Translations under genes and position numbers: made by a program | DNA from: Styela clava | Taxonomy: Eukaryota | Assembly: GCF_964204865.1 (NCBI RefSeq) | Contig: NC_135263.1 | Span: 7,068,001 to 7,132,000 of the forward strand | Length of the DNA: 64,000 nt | Direction: 5' to 3' | In this document: positions 25,751-38,835 of the stretch, piece by piece | Numbering within the stretch: the first letter of the stretch is position 1 | Layout: each line of letters begins with the position of its first letter | The notes under the pieces: generated by a model | The model's input: the letters and a program-made list of their open reading frames with translations, nothing else | The model's database searches: none | What the model was told of the DNA's origin: nothing

Positions 25751-27809
25751 ATGGTAAATAATATTTTGTTATGATATTTTTTCAATTGTGGCTAGCGGTA
25801 TTTTTCCTATGTTGGTCTCTCCTATACAGAACTCGGAAAAAATTGCTTTTAGTTAGTGGAAATTGGGTTTGTGTGGGTGTGTAGATATGATTAGGCAAGA
25901 GACTTATTTGTTTGCGCATATTTCCGCAGAATAAAGGTGTAAGACTAATTAATTTAACATTTCAACATATCTTTTAGCTTATGGATTTAGTACAATTCAT
26001 TCTGAATTCTCGCGCAGAAGTTATTAAAACGACATATGGTTCAAAAGCCTAATTTGCTCGAGCAAAATTTCAAAGATTGCCTTTCACATACCGGTTTCTG
26101 TTGAAGCTGATAAATTTAAAGCAATGGCGTTTTTACTCTACCTAAATGTTCGTTTTAATAGGATTTTATTATTGCATCAATTACTATTTTATTTGGTGTT
26201 TCAACTCAATTGACTTTTATTCATCTATAAAAATATATCTTTAGTCGATGACAGTAGAAGAAGCTAGAACTTCTCTCACGAAGGAACAAATCAATGGTAA
26301 GTTGACAAAATTCTTTTACGGTGAAATCCTTCCCCATAGAAACTCATTTGCGCATGACAAGGAAAAAATGAAATTTGAATGTTGAACATATTTTGTCTTT
26401 GAATAATTGTCTTTGACAATTTTGTATATTAGTTAATAATAAATCATGAAAAAATGATTCACATAAATTTTTCTTTCAACTTCTGCTATTTCTAACCCTT
26501 CAATTGCATTCATATTTTCTGAATAAGATAATGGAAGCGACAACGATGGATCAATTATCATACAACTCTATCGAAGATTACCAATCTTTTGATAACATCA
26601 AATATTTTACTTTGTGTATTACAGAATTCAAGCAAGCTTTTGACATCTTTGATCAAGACGGTGGCGGCGACATCAGCACAAAAGAATTAGGAAGAGTCAT
26701 GAAACTGTTAGGACAAACTCCATCTAAAGATGAACTAGACAAAATTATCGAAGAAGTTGACGTCGATGGTGAGCTTTCTTTCGTGTTTTCAAACAATTTC
26801 TGTCAACCATGGTCAATAATTTTACACATTTGAGAATAACTATTGAATAGTTGAATAGTTGGTGATAATTATCAAATAGATTCCAATATTTTTACTCGTA
26901 TATATTCAGGATTAAACAATATCATTTTAATATTATTTCAGGAAGTGGTACCATTGATTTTGATGAATTTTTGATTATGATGGTTATGCAAATTGCCGAA
27001 GAAGGAAAGAATTTGGGCGAGGAAGAATTAAAAGATATTTTTAGACTCTTTGATGTGTAAGAAAATCTGCATGTAATAAATTTTATATCCTGAATGTCTA
27101 CTGTTTAAATTTGATTGGTCAATCATACATTTCTAACCATCATAATTTATTTAGCTGAAAACTGAAAAATAACATAATATCTTTCGAAACCAAAAATAAT
27201 AATATTTTTTTTTCTAATGAATACATACAAATATATTGAATATAGTCATTCTTATAATTATTTGCAAATAGAAATTCTTCATTTGTATTGTATTTATCAC
27301 CTAAACTTTTTTCATTCTGCTACGGCTTTCAGTTCACTTTCAACGTAGGAAATTTTATTCACTTGAATTCATTTTATTGCTTTTGCAATTTAGTAACGGT
27401 GACAACTTTATTGATTGGCCCGAGTTGAAAAATGCTTTGATGTCATTAAATGTTGATCCTAAAGTTGAAACATGGGAAGTGGATGAATTGTTCAGAGATG
27501 CTGACAAAAACGGTGATGGAAGCATCGATGTCGAAGGTAAGAATATAGTAAAGACGAAACTATCTGATACATCTTCATCTAGAAACTAAGAAAAGCCAAT
27601 AAATAAGTATTTGCTTTCGTAAATTATAGTTAGTAACGTGCCAAAGGTAAGTTAGATGGCGCTGGTTCAGTTTTAAACAAATCAGAAAATAACATTTGTC
27701 TCCGTTGGGATATTTGGTGTTTTTCACCTTGTTTGTTCGCCAATGACATTTCTCATTATATTTTTTTCCTTCAACAGAATGGAGCATATGGATGGACGGA
27801 GTACGATAA
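25751..27809 (+). CDS. TNNC: Troponin C-like EF-hand protein, 162 aa. Exons 25751-25753 (ATG only), 26245-26296, 26625-26768, 26942-27056, 27394-27536, 27778-27809
   Basis: Spliced product [162 protein letters not shown]. It has an N-helix, the [14 protein letters not shown] and EVDxDGSGTIDF signatures of TnC, and a six-exon structure with an ATG-only first coding exon. Confidence 0.88.
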
Positions 27810-28802
27810 ATTGTAATAGTGAATACTTAGATTTACTAAATGAAAATTGCTAAATTATACTTGTTTATCTACCAAAATGTTCGAAATGTGGCACGCATGT
27901 GTTATTTGCAACCGCATTGGGTATCAAATTTTCCTTAGATTCTGATGATTTGTTTTATATTTGTGCCTGACCCCAGCGTGTTAAAATGATGATTGCTCTA
28001 TAAAAATAATATCTTTGAATTTTCTACATTATCTTCCGTACGACTTTGAAGTTATAATTATATTGTGGTACATATCGGAGTTATACTGCTTTGGTTGATG
28101 AAAAAATTGGGGAATATATACCCGATGAAATTTTATTTAGTGTCCTTTGTTTGTCACTTGTCCGAAAATCCTATGTAATAAATTTGAAAACAGAAAATTG
28201 AATCAAACATTTTTCGTAAAGTGGGATTGTTGGGAGACTGCAAGCGAAGTGAACGAAGGGCTTTTGTGTGTGTTTACAACGTAAAAAATCTTTTGGCCAC
28301 ATACTGTAAATTGCAGGAATCATATACATACACAATCCATACAAATCAAATCAGTGAGAAAGTACAAAGTGGCTCCAAAACGGAACCCAAGTCATTTTAG
28401 ACATATTTTAGAGACAACATAATCTTTGTGCTAAGCTTGATGAAACTTAGACTGAGAGTTTTGGGTACAATAATATACCCAAACAGAAGTTCGGGTGTTG
28501 AGTAAATTCTCTTCATTTTCTTGGGAAGTGGGCATATTGGGAAATTTATAGGTTCTGTGTTTTGTGTAAACCTATTGTAAATACAGAAAGTTGGAAATAT
28601 GGTTGGAACTATAATGAACATCAAGATCCCTCAAGCAGATTTGAGAGCTTATTTTTTCAATCCCTTAAGACTAGCTTGGTTTTCTATTTTGCTAAAAGAT
28701 AGTCACAAGATACGCGTAATTATGTAAAACTCGGTTTTAGGTAACTGCCTAACAATTCTCACTGAAAAAATAAAATTTTCAATGGCATTTGTTTATCTAG
28801 AC

Positions 28803-29260
28803 CAGGAGTGGCCAACCAGCCAGAGACCAAGAGTCGCGTTTCCCACTTTATTAACGCGAAGAGCCACATTATAAACAAGAACACACATGAACATCAGATA
28901 TACTTTCAGCTCTGTTAGAATGCTAGTTTATTGTAAATGTAACTAACCAACATCATTATGGCAGAATTTACAAGCCATTTATTGTTTAGATTGCTATTTG
29001 GTGGGATTGATTTCATGTGTTTACTGTAGAAAACACAGATTCGCAGACGTATGTTGACCTAAACATTGACAATATCTTAAGCGCAGCTCGTTTGACATTG
29101 GGGTATTTGTTCATTGGCATGCTTTTTCATAACCTAATGGCCCCTTCTCTCAAAGCTTATTTCAGTTGGTCTTCCTCATAAAGGTGGACCATCTTCAACT
29201 CAGTTGCAGCCTCCTCTGAGACTAGAGAGACTTTCAAACCATTCGTTTCAGTAGTCGATG
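28803..29260 (-). mobile_element. 3' end of a decayed hAT (Charlie/GTF2IRD2-like) transposon with transposase dimerisation-domain remnant
   Basis: Terminal CAGGAGTGGCCAACC preceded by ATCTAGAC (Charlie-type NTCTAGAN target). The minus strand at about 29225-29015 reads LVSEEAATELKMVHLYEEDQLK*ALREGAIRL*KSMPMNKYPNVKRAALKILSMFRSTYVCESVFST, with stops. A matching AAGAGCC(A/G)CAT subterminal motif recurs at about 32571-32605. Confidence 0.8.
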
Positions 29261-29463
29261 ACTTAATCTGTGACATTTGTGTGCACTTATATTACTTTAC
29301 TCAGTGTTAAACTGCACTTTTGTCGCCGAACTTCGTTTTCGATACGATTACGACATCCGTTGTAGTGCAGTAAACGCGTCTCACAACAATGAATTTAATT
29401 GTGACGCAATAATGGAAGATTGTAAGTAAATTGAATGAAGACGTTCACGTATCTGCTTCGACG

Positions 29464-29630
29464 TCAATCAATCAATCAATTTCATTTTGGTCCCTTTGGT
29501 ATAAAATAAAATAACAACAAACGAACAAACAAAACGCAGAGGACCTGGAGGACGAGCATAACTTAAAGACAAAGTTAAAAACGCGTCCATCCACCAAAGA
29601 CAGTCAAATAACACAATAAAATAAAAATAC
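29464..29630 (-). mobile_element. 3' tail of a non-LTR retroelement (L2/CR1-like LINE or partner SINE)
   Basis: On the minus strand it ends in AAATGAA(ATTG)4 and is preceded by a stem-loop (GGACG..AACTT / AAGTT..CGTCC, about 29548-29592). This is the typical organisation of L2/CR1-clade 3' ends. Confidence 0.55.
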
Positions 29631-30566
29631 ACGATACTAGGGTTGGATTATCGGTTAACCGAGAGTTATTTTGCAATCTGATATCCGGATATTCTTGTGA
29701 CGGTTAACCGGATAATAGAGCAGTATATATAATATAGCATATAATACCAACTTTTATTCACCTCCTTAGGCGCATTGCTACTTTTGTTAGTTACATTGTT
29801 ACATAATTTTGTTTGCTACGTTGCTGTATGTTGTTTATTTTGCAGTATAGATGCAGTTACTGGTTTGTGACTGATCAATACTGATTACTAGGGATGTCCA
29901 GGCATTTCGTTTAGAGTTGTATTCAAATTTCGGTTGATCTTGTAAAGTGTTCAAAACTTGAGACAGCTGCCGCTCGAATTTTTTTGTTACGTCGGTAGTT
30001 CAAAATAAATATGTAAAATATACTTATATAATAAATACTTCGCGACTATTTGTGAAGCAGTCACTGCGATCATGACACTCGCTGATAATACCGCCTACTT
30101 TTTCAGTTTATAATTATTTTTTCATTGCGCAAAATATTCAATTTGTAGCCGATTCGAGCATTTTAAAATGTCTTTCCATGATAACTGTGTTCAACGTATC
30201 TCACGTTTGCATCGACTTACGTTAAAATAAAAGCATTTCTACTCTAGATATGAAAATACGTGGTAAGCTGCACTGATAAATCCAGTCTTAATTCGTATTT
30301 TTGCGATATTGCGAATTTATCAAATTTGAGCTATTATTGCAGTTCCAATGAGTATAATTTATTTAGTACAATAAATGCAGATATTAATATATCAACATAT
30401 TCGGGAGAAAATTCGAGTGCGGTCTCGTCGGTATATAATGCCGATAATTGTTTTATTTCGCCCGAAACTGAAATCGCCGTACTATGTTATCTATATCGTC
30501 GTATTTATTTATCGTTAAAAAAGTAAATCTGAAACACACATTTTTGACTGAAGATAAGCCGCAAAT

Positions 30567-31383
30567 CAGTGGTTCTAAACCTGTGGTACGCGTACCACTA
30601 GTGGTACGCGGAAGTTGATCAAGGGTACACGAGCAGCTTTGAATTATTGCAACAATTAACTTTTGAGTTGGCCAAAAAATGCCGACAACTCTTTATCTTC
30701 CATACTGATTGTATTCGCTGAACGGCCTTTATGAATGCCCCCCCCCCCCCCGTGCATCAATTTTCTTGTTTACTTCCGTAACCAGCAACAATCAGAAAAC
30801 ATTGCCTCATTTTGTAGTTCTGCGTGTTATTTGTCAGTTTTCAGTTGCGTTTCAATAAAATAGTGAATTAAATATCTTAATTGTCATTATGTCTTCAAAG
30901 GAGCATTAATTTAGTTGCTGCAATCAAAATGAGTCTCGCAAATGCTGCGATAGACTAATCTAAACTATCAGTGCCTGTAAGCGGCACATGGTTGATTAAT
31001 TTTAATAAAAATGATGGTTTTCAAACACGTAAACCAGCTTATAAGCGCCAACACATCAAAACACCCTCAAAATAAGTAATTTTTTTTTTACAATAGTAAA
31101 GTATAGGAAGAATTTTTCTGGGGTCAAGGGCAGGAGAAACGTCTTATGAGTCAGTCCAGTCTTTATAAATCGCCCTCGCCTGCTATTGTCCACGAACGAA
31201 TTGAGATGGGCATGTATTCGTCCGTCTTGCGAATTAGGTCACTGAGCCACATTATAAAATACTCCCATAGCGCGTGTCTTGTGCCATTGTTCGCCGCGCA
31301 AAAAAATGGCTATTCCAATGGTACGCGGCCAGAGTAAAAAACAGTAAAGTGTTACGCGGTCAGTAAAAGGTTGAGAACCACTG
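30567..31383. mobile_element. 817-bp non-autonomous hAT element
   Basis: TIRs CAGTGGTTCTAAACC / GGTTGAGAACCACTG, a degenerate 8-bp TSD CCGCAAAT / CGGTAAAT, and subterminal GGTACGCG repeats. The interior (about 30760-31130) resembles the repeat at 39222-39706. Confidence 0.8.
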
Positions 31384-31518
31384 CGGTAAATGCTAACGAA
31401 AATACCACGACTCTTGATTTATGAGCCAGTGATAAATTGAACAAAAACGCTATTTTTAGCGTTGTTGAATCGCCAAAATTACGTAATAATCGTATTTACT
31501 GAATTTGCAACAAGGGTT

Positions 31519-31556
31519 ACTTTTCACGGGATGTAACTTTTCACGGGATGTAACTT
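31519..31556. repeat. 17-bp direct tandem duplication (ACTTTTCACGGGATGTA x2)
   Basis: acttttcacgggatgta-acttttcacgggatgta-actt. Confidence 0.85.
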
Positions 31557-31939
31557 CTCATCAAATTAAAACTGGCATAATGCCGATGTTAATTCCCAAA
31601 ATAATCACGCGACGCGGATGAAAACAGTCGGCGATGCTAACAAAATTAGTGACTTATTAGTGAGTATCTTTGTCATTAAAAATTCACGGTCTTTGTCCCT
31701 CCTGTATTATACTGGTTCCTTCTCACCAAAATAAAATGTGTCCTCCGGTGGGTTATCTGGGATGTTTGTTTGTGGTTTTGTGACTGCGGGATGGGGATTT
31801 GTTGGATGTTTTGGAAGATATTTTGAATTTGGATAATTATTTCATAGACTATCGGTACGCTACACACACAATGTAAAAGAATAATGCACGACGAATAATA
31901 ATATGTTTAATCGAAACAACAATTGTAATAATATCGATG

Positions 31940-32536
31940 TTACCAGTATTAGCTATCTATTAATTGATGTAATCTGGACTACATTTTAGCAATATTTTGG
32001 CATGTCTTTGGTGAATGAAAAGGTCTAGTCCACCTCTTCATGCAATCAACTTTGATTGGGCAATTCGGCACTTAACTCCAATTGTAATAAGCTTGGCGAA
32101 ATCATTTTTTTCCTTATATTAAATACTGTTCACTCTTGTTCGGGATTTTTTACAAAATTATTAAAACGGTGTGGCAAACAATTCTTGTTATTTATTACAC
32201 TTCTTATCTTTTATTCTAATTTTTTTTTATGTGATTATTTTTTTTTACCATATAATTTATCTAACGCTTCTCTCTTTTTTCTAATTTTATTAATGCCTTT
32301 TGGTTGTGTGTGTGTGTGTGCGAGTGTGAATGATTTGATTCAGTAGTTTAAGGTGAGTGAACACGTACCACTTCTTTTTGGCTATACCTTCCATCTTATA
32401 TTCTGTACGTTTTAAACCTTATTCAAGGTTTTGTTTACTCTCCTGATTTCATGATCAATTTTTATTTATTTGTTTCTATCAACCGTTTTATCGCGTTTCT
32501 GGTGATTATGGAGTAGAAATAAACTTATCTTATCTT
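31940..32536 (+). mobile_element. About 600-bp interspersed repeat, non-LTR retroelement 3' region (copy 1)
   Basis: Colinear with 38187-38790 (GGTCTAGYCCACCTCTTCATGCA, GTGTGGCAAA, a (TG)n tract, GGTGAGYGAACACGTAC, GATTATGGAGT). It ends in AATAAA(CTTAT)n. Confidence 0.75.
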
Positions 32537-33253
32537 GTGTCCCCCCCCCCCCCTAAAATAACCATGGCGAAAAGAGCCGCATAAAACCGGCGCAAGGGCC
32601 ACATGCTGAGTATCCTCATTTGTGGCGTGAGAGGCTCGATGCAATCAAACTACACAACAGAAAAACATTAATTAATAAATAAATTTATTATTTCATGTTA
32701 ATCGCGGTCTCGGTCGTAACAAATGGTTAAATGCGTATTACCTAAACTGGAATCTATTTAGTTGAGACTCAAATATTCTGGCTCAGTTGTTCATGATTTT
32801 AAAGAATACATATCCGCAGGTGTATATACTGTATTGCTGAATATCAAAAATGTATAAGTCGAATCCCTTTGACGAATACTGTGAAATAGCTCTCGTTCGA
32901 TAAGCTCCCCATGCCAAACCGTTTGATCTATTCGTTCGTTAAATTTATACAAAGTTATACATTTTGTTATCAGTTACCCATATTTGGGAGAATAAATGTT
33001 CAAAGTTCCCCAAATTATATAATTTTTGCTAGTTTATACGGACGACTGAGCCTAGGCTGTCGGATAAATGTATTCAAACGCATCTCCAATAGCAACAATG
33101 AACTAAATTTGCTCTGTTAACAATAGTTTGTGTACGTGATAATTCATCAAAATCTATTTTATAAAAAATTAAATGCATCAATTTTTAATATTGCAACTAT
33201 ATATCACAAAATCACCTCTCTAAAACGTATGAAATATTACGCGGATGAATACA

Positions 33254-33317
33254 CGTTGCTATCCGTTCGTAGCAACGACGAAAGGCGGAAAAGTCCATAA
33301 CAACTGGCCGTGGAAAC
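33254..33317. promoter_or_regulatory. RFX X-box-like motifs upstream of CFAP20
   Basis: Inverted half-sites CGTTGCTA-N8-TAGCAACG (33254-33277) and CTGGCCGTGGAAAC (33304-33317; 11/14 to GTTGCCATGGAAAC), about 150-210 bp before the ATG of a ciliary gene. Confidence 0.55.
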
Positions 33318-33463
33318 CGAGTGGCATCATCCGTGGCGGTCGCTAGTGGTTTCGTGGTATTTTTTCATCTGTTTTTGCTGCTGAAGTCGATAGCTTTATA
33401 GATCAGTCGTATGAGATCGTACTTAGTTAGAGTTCGTATATTAAACACATTTCGCCGTTAGTC

Positions 33464-36400
33464 ATGTTTAAAAATACATTTCAAAGTGGATTTTTGTCAA
33501 TTTTGTACAGTATTGGAAGTAAACCATTACAAATTTGGGACAAAAAGGTAAGTTTAATACTTTCCAGTGACTGTGCATAATATATATATATACTACTTGT
33601 TTGACTGAAAAGCAGAATATTCATCTGATATTAAGGCATCATAGCGATTGAGCCATTGTCATTATCTGTCTCTCTGTTTCGTTGTCTGGTTGTAGGTTTA
33701 GATATCTCTATATTCTTTTAGGGCACTGTCATGTCAGCATGTGTTATTACGGTATGTTTTATGGGAGGTTACAATTCAGTCAGAAAGTGCATGTGACTTT
33801 GTGTTTTCTGCAAGCAGTACAGTATTTTCTATCTTTTAAATCTGTAAACTCACAAAAACAATTAACATTGTTCCTGTAGTTTCTATTTATTCCTATATTG
33901 TCTTAGTTTTTCACTACATTGCTCAAATAACATTCTGAAATAGTGAAATTTTCTTGTAACACACTGCAATCACTCGCTACAGGATATCTGCTTCAATAAT
34001 TGTCTTATACCTGAATACTATGTTAATCAGCTTTATGAATATCATAATACAGTACTGTAATACCAATGTTTATCTGGAATCCACAGTTAATACATTCAGA
34101 CATTACATATAAAGTCTGGGGGCTAGCAAAGTACACCTTAAATGCTTATATAAGGCCACACAAAAATGTGATGTGAAAATACTGCCCAAATTATGATTTT
34201 TTCTAAAAAATAAGTCTGTCTCGCGTGGAACGTTATCGGTACCTTATGTGACATGTCCCAGTTAGTTGAAAATTGAGTGGGTTTAGTTTAAGTTAACATG
34301 TCTTTCAGTAATTTTATTCTGTGCCAGAGAGACTTTTTTTCAAAAAACCACGAAAATTTCACATCTTATTTTTGTTTTGCATTATTCAAGCAGTTTCGGC
34401 ACTCATTTCACATCACAGCTTCAGATGTTGTTTGATGGTATTTTGAGGAGTTTACTTCTTCACCCCAAGTCTTGAGGGTTGTAAATTCGTAAAACCCATT
34501 TATTTGGGTCATTGTTATCTTCTGTATTCATCATTAAGCAGCTATGCATTGCTTCTTTTGAAACGTTGCATGGCGACCTTTATCTGCACGGGGCTCAACT
34601 TTGATGAAATTGACAATAATGAAAAACAACATTTGTGTTAGTTTGCAGCAAAGTTCTTGAGCCACTTAAAATTATAAACAAAGTTGTTATTTATGTCAGG
34701 ATGCCACAGCTTAAGTGAAATATTGCATCTGGCTAAATATATAATAATCAGGAATCAGGATAAACCATTTCTTAGCAGGGATTCTCAATTTTTTTAACTT
34801 TCAAATTTTACAATTTTTCACATCAACTTCAAATTGTTTCTAGTATTTATATTATGATGTCATAATGTTAAGTCTAACCAATTGCTAATTAAATTACTAT
34901 TTGTAGCTCGATTGTACAGGATAAATTCATAGTACATATTGTAAGGTATTATTATAGTTTTTAAACACATATGCATATTTCACATGTTTAGTCATTGAAA
35001 AAAAAACTCAATAGTTCAAAGTAAGGCAATGTTTACAAAGGTTGGCAAACCAATTTTCATTCATATATGGGAAATCACAAAATAATTATTTTTGATTAGC
35101 ACTATGGCAAGACTTTGATTGTCAGTCCGTTACCCTAATCCTAATCTTCAGATCTTTCATACTGACAGAATATTTCAACCGACCCGTGATTATTATCATT
35201 ATACAATACTGATCTTCCTTTTCAATCTACATTCAGGTTCGAAATGGCCACATTAAGAGAATCACAGACAATGATATTCAGTCATTGGTTTTAGAAATTG
35301 AAGGAACAAATGTCAGCACCACATTTATCACATGTCCTGCAGATTGTAACAAAACACTCGGAATTAAGTTACCGTTTCTTGTTATGATTATTAAGAATCT
35401 GAAAAAATATTTCACATTTGAGGTTCAGGTAGGTAACCAATAGTTTTTTATAATTGTTAGGGAATAAAATCTTTTAGGTTGTTTATTTTGGTAAAATTCA
35501 ATAAAGTGTTACTAAAGTGGCAAAAGTGTTTCTGTCTGTTGTTATGTTAATAGTTTGCTAAAATTCTCTCTTTGTAGAGTTAATAGTAGCAATCAAATGT
35601 TTTTCTTTAAACAAAGTTCAAAAAAATTATAATATATGTTAATATGTGTATTCATTTTAAATATATCCCAAAATGATGTTTAATTAATAAATGAGATTTT
35701 CCTCATTCATAAATGATTGTTTTAAATTTAATATCACAGTTGATAGAGATATGTGCACAAATACCTCTCCATCGCTTTTATGCAAAACAGCCTTGGTTAA
35801 CCAAAAGTGGATTTTATCCTAATGGGCAAACATTAATTTTAACATCAGGTCTTAGATGACAAAAATGTACGACGGAGGTTCAGAGCTTCTAATTACCAAA
35901 GTACAACACGAGTGAAGCCATTCATTTGCACAATGCCTATGAGACTAGATGATGGTTGGAATCAGATTCAATTTAATTTATCTGATTTCACACGGAGAGC
36001 ATATGGAACAAACTACATCGAAACACTACGAGTACAGGTCGGTAATGTTATACAAGTCTTTTGAATCAGTGGTTCTCAAACTGTGAGAGATACTCAGATG
36101 TGTTACAGAGCTTTTTGAATTAATAGGAAAGCAATTGTTATTAGTTTATTTAATTTTTCTTTATTCATCTAAAGTATGGACTTATTTACTTTTAAAAACA
36201 ACTACATCGATTGCACAATAATTTACAGTATGAATAATCTAACAAATTTGTTTGTAATGAGCATGCCCTGAATTTTTTTGTGGTCGCAGACTGAAAAGTT
36301 TGTTCTTGTGGTGAACGTAAACTGTATCACCTTTATTTAGTTTGCTTCACAGCTCTGTGGATTTGGATTAGTTAGTATGTCTAGTCCCTGTTATGAAATG

Positions 36401-37001
36401 AAGGCCTTATTTATGCGTAATCATACATTCAGGCAGGATTTTTTTAATTTCATTTCAAAAATTACAATTGAGTAGTATCATCTATATTTTTGTTCATTCA
36501 TGCTACATTCAGATCTGATTTGTTACTACACCCTTTCGTTGTTTGCAAACACTTAGAACAAGAGTTAGCTTGTAAAATTGTTTGAATATTGTGAGACTTA
36601 CAATTACTTGTTTTGTTCAGATTCATGCAAACTGCAGGATAAGAAGAGTATATTTTTCAGACAGATTATATTCAGAAGATGAATTACCAGCAGAATTTAA
36701 ACTCTATCTGCCTGTGCAAAACAAAGCAAAGGTAGATATTTTTAAATATTTGTAATACGTTTATCATGATATCATTTTTTTTACTTTGTTTGCTGTTGCA
36801 GCAAATAATTTATCTCTCCATAGTTCCTGAAATTATGAGATTATTAAAGATGCATGTAAAGATGCACAAGTAAAATTTATCAATGTAATATATCCTGATG
36901 TCGTATAGCTCTAATTATGACCAGGATGAATCTCGAGTGTACTGCATCTTATCTTATCATTAGAATATATTAATTACCATATGTTACTTTTTCAGGTCTG
37001 A
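33464..37001 (+). CDS. CFAP20: Cilia- and flagella-associated protein 20 (BUG22), 193 aa. Exons 33464-33547, 35237-35428, 35849-36037, 36621-36731, 36996-37001
   Basis: [62 protein letters not shown]...[56 protein letters not shown]...[38 protein letters not shown]. All introns are phase 0. The gene is missed by the ORF track. Confidence 0.98.
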
Positions 37002-37547
37002 AAGATTCCTCAACTTGATGATTTTTTATTATTATTCGTTATTTTCAAACTATTTTTTGCATCTTCTAAATATACTGAAGATATTATTGGAAACTAATTT
37101 TTATTATTATTGGTTTTGCTACACACCCATCATTTGGGAATATTAAATTCAACAAGAAACAACATGGTTACAGGTCAAATCACATTTTCTGTGTATTGAA
37201 ATATAATATTGATGATTTATATTTGAACAATAATCAGAAGTACGCTTTGTACGCTATAAATGTTTTTATGGACAAAATAAATCCATAAGACATCCCTGAG
37301 CATTTCGGATTAACTATTAATAATGATATGTATGCACGCCTGGGGCGGATATTCTGTGTAGCACATTTAGTATATTACTATACCTTACTGTATGTATATC
37401 GTTGTCTGTAAAATGCACATGTTACTTTGTTGTATGCCTGTTTCCTTGTTTTTCATAAAAAAGTCGTTGGCTGCATACATGCACACGCAAGAAATAAATT
37501 CCAATACATGTATCTTAATGTTCAGTTATCCAGGTATGGGTTATGTC

Positions 37548-37729
37548 CAGAGGTGGGATTCAAATTTTTTGTCAGCCGGTTCCCTCACAAAAGTTATATT
37601 TTTTTTAGCCGGATCTGTTACAAACAGAACACTGACAGTAACCAGTAATGCCAACCGGTTCGCCGATCTCATGAAATTCCGCGAGATGGTTCTACAGAAC
37701 CAGTGCGAACCGGCTGAATCCCGCTACTG
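37548..37729. mobile_element. 182-bp hAT-type MITE downstream of CFAP20
   Basis: TIRs CAGAGGTGGGATTCA / TGAATCCCGCTACTG, a perfect 8-bp TSD GTTATGTC (37540-37547 and 37730-37737), and internal CCGGTTC/GAACCGG motifs. Confidence 0.9.
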
Positions 37730-38186
37730 GTTATGTCCCAAGAAGTTATAAACTGTTAAATTAAACTACAAAACACTGTCAACTGAGCCTTTATGCAAAC
37801 AACTCATATATGCAGTTCACCCAACAAAACGGGCTTCTTCAAATTTTGATGGAAGCTTGGGATTCACTCTTTATCAAGTTTGAATGAATGAAAGCATTGT
37901 CCAAAAAGTGCCCAGATGCGTTATCAAGTCAATAAATTGACTAAGAACAAATCGACCAATCAATCATTTATATTTATAAAAGGTGTATACATCAACAAAA
38001 CTTGCAGACTGATGAATCATCCGTGATGAAATCGAACTGACCGCAGCGATCAACAACCTCAATTAAATTTGCTTGTTTTAATCCATGACTTTAGAAACCT
38101 TACTTGAACCTTTAATATCCTATATATTCACGTAACCAATTTTCCTACCTCTGTATCATACCGTCCTAATTGATTTTAATTATAAT

Positions 38187-38790
38187 TACCGGTACCTCAT
38201 TGATTAATAATATTTAAAATAATTTGGACGTTAATTTGGTTTGATTAGTTTTGGCTTCTATCTGGTGAGGGAAGCAGGTCTAGCCCACCTCTTCATGCAT
38301 CCAACTTGGCAATTCTGATTGGGTAATTTGGCATTAGGTGACTCCAAATATAATCAGCTTGACGATATCTTTTGAGGAATATTTTTTCTATCTACAGTAC
38401 ATAACTCCTTTTGACTAATTCGGTATCCAATTCGGCAATCCTCATACTATTATTAATTTGGTGTGGCAAAAGAATTTATTCATTTTTTTTTATTTGTTTG
38501 TATATTTTTCTTCTTACTGAGTAATTAATTTTATGTCTCGCTTTTTTTACTCTCGAGCTTATCATGTCTCGATGATTGTATGTTTGTGTGTGTGCGTGCG
38601 TGCGTTAATTAGTTTTAATATACTTGGGTGAGCGAACACGTACTACTTCAAATATGTAGCCTACGCTTTAAACTTTGCTTGAGGTTTCGTTTGCTTTCCC
38701 GACCCTATAATCAGTTTTATTTATTTTGTTTTTATCAATTGCTTTATCGTCCATTGCAGATTATGGAGTCGAAATAAACTTATACTTATT
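38187..38790 (+). mobile_element. Non-LTR retroelement 3' region (copy 2 of the 31940-32536 family)
   Basis: Colinear similarity to 31940-32536; ends GATTATGGAGTCGAAATAAACTTATACTTAT. Confidence 0.75.
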
Positions 38791-38835
38791 TGCTCCTTTG
38801 CCCCACAGCGTGACGTGTGACAATTGAGTATACCG

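Noticed and set aside
33331-33347. CCGTGGCGGTCGCTAGT resembling a Helitron 3' end
   Set aside because: No convincing subterminal hairpin or 5' TC end, and it lies in the probable CFAP20 promoter/5' UTR.
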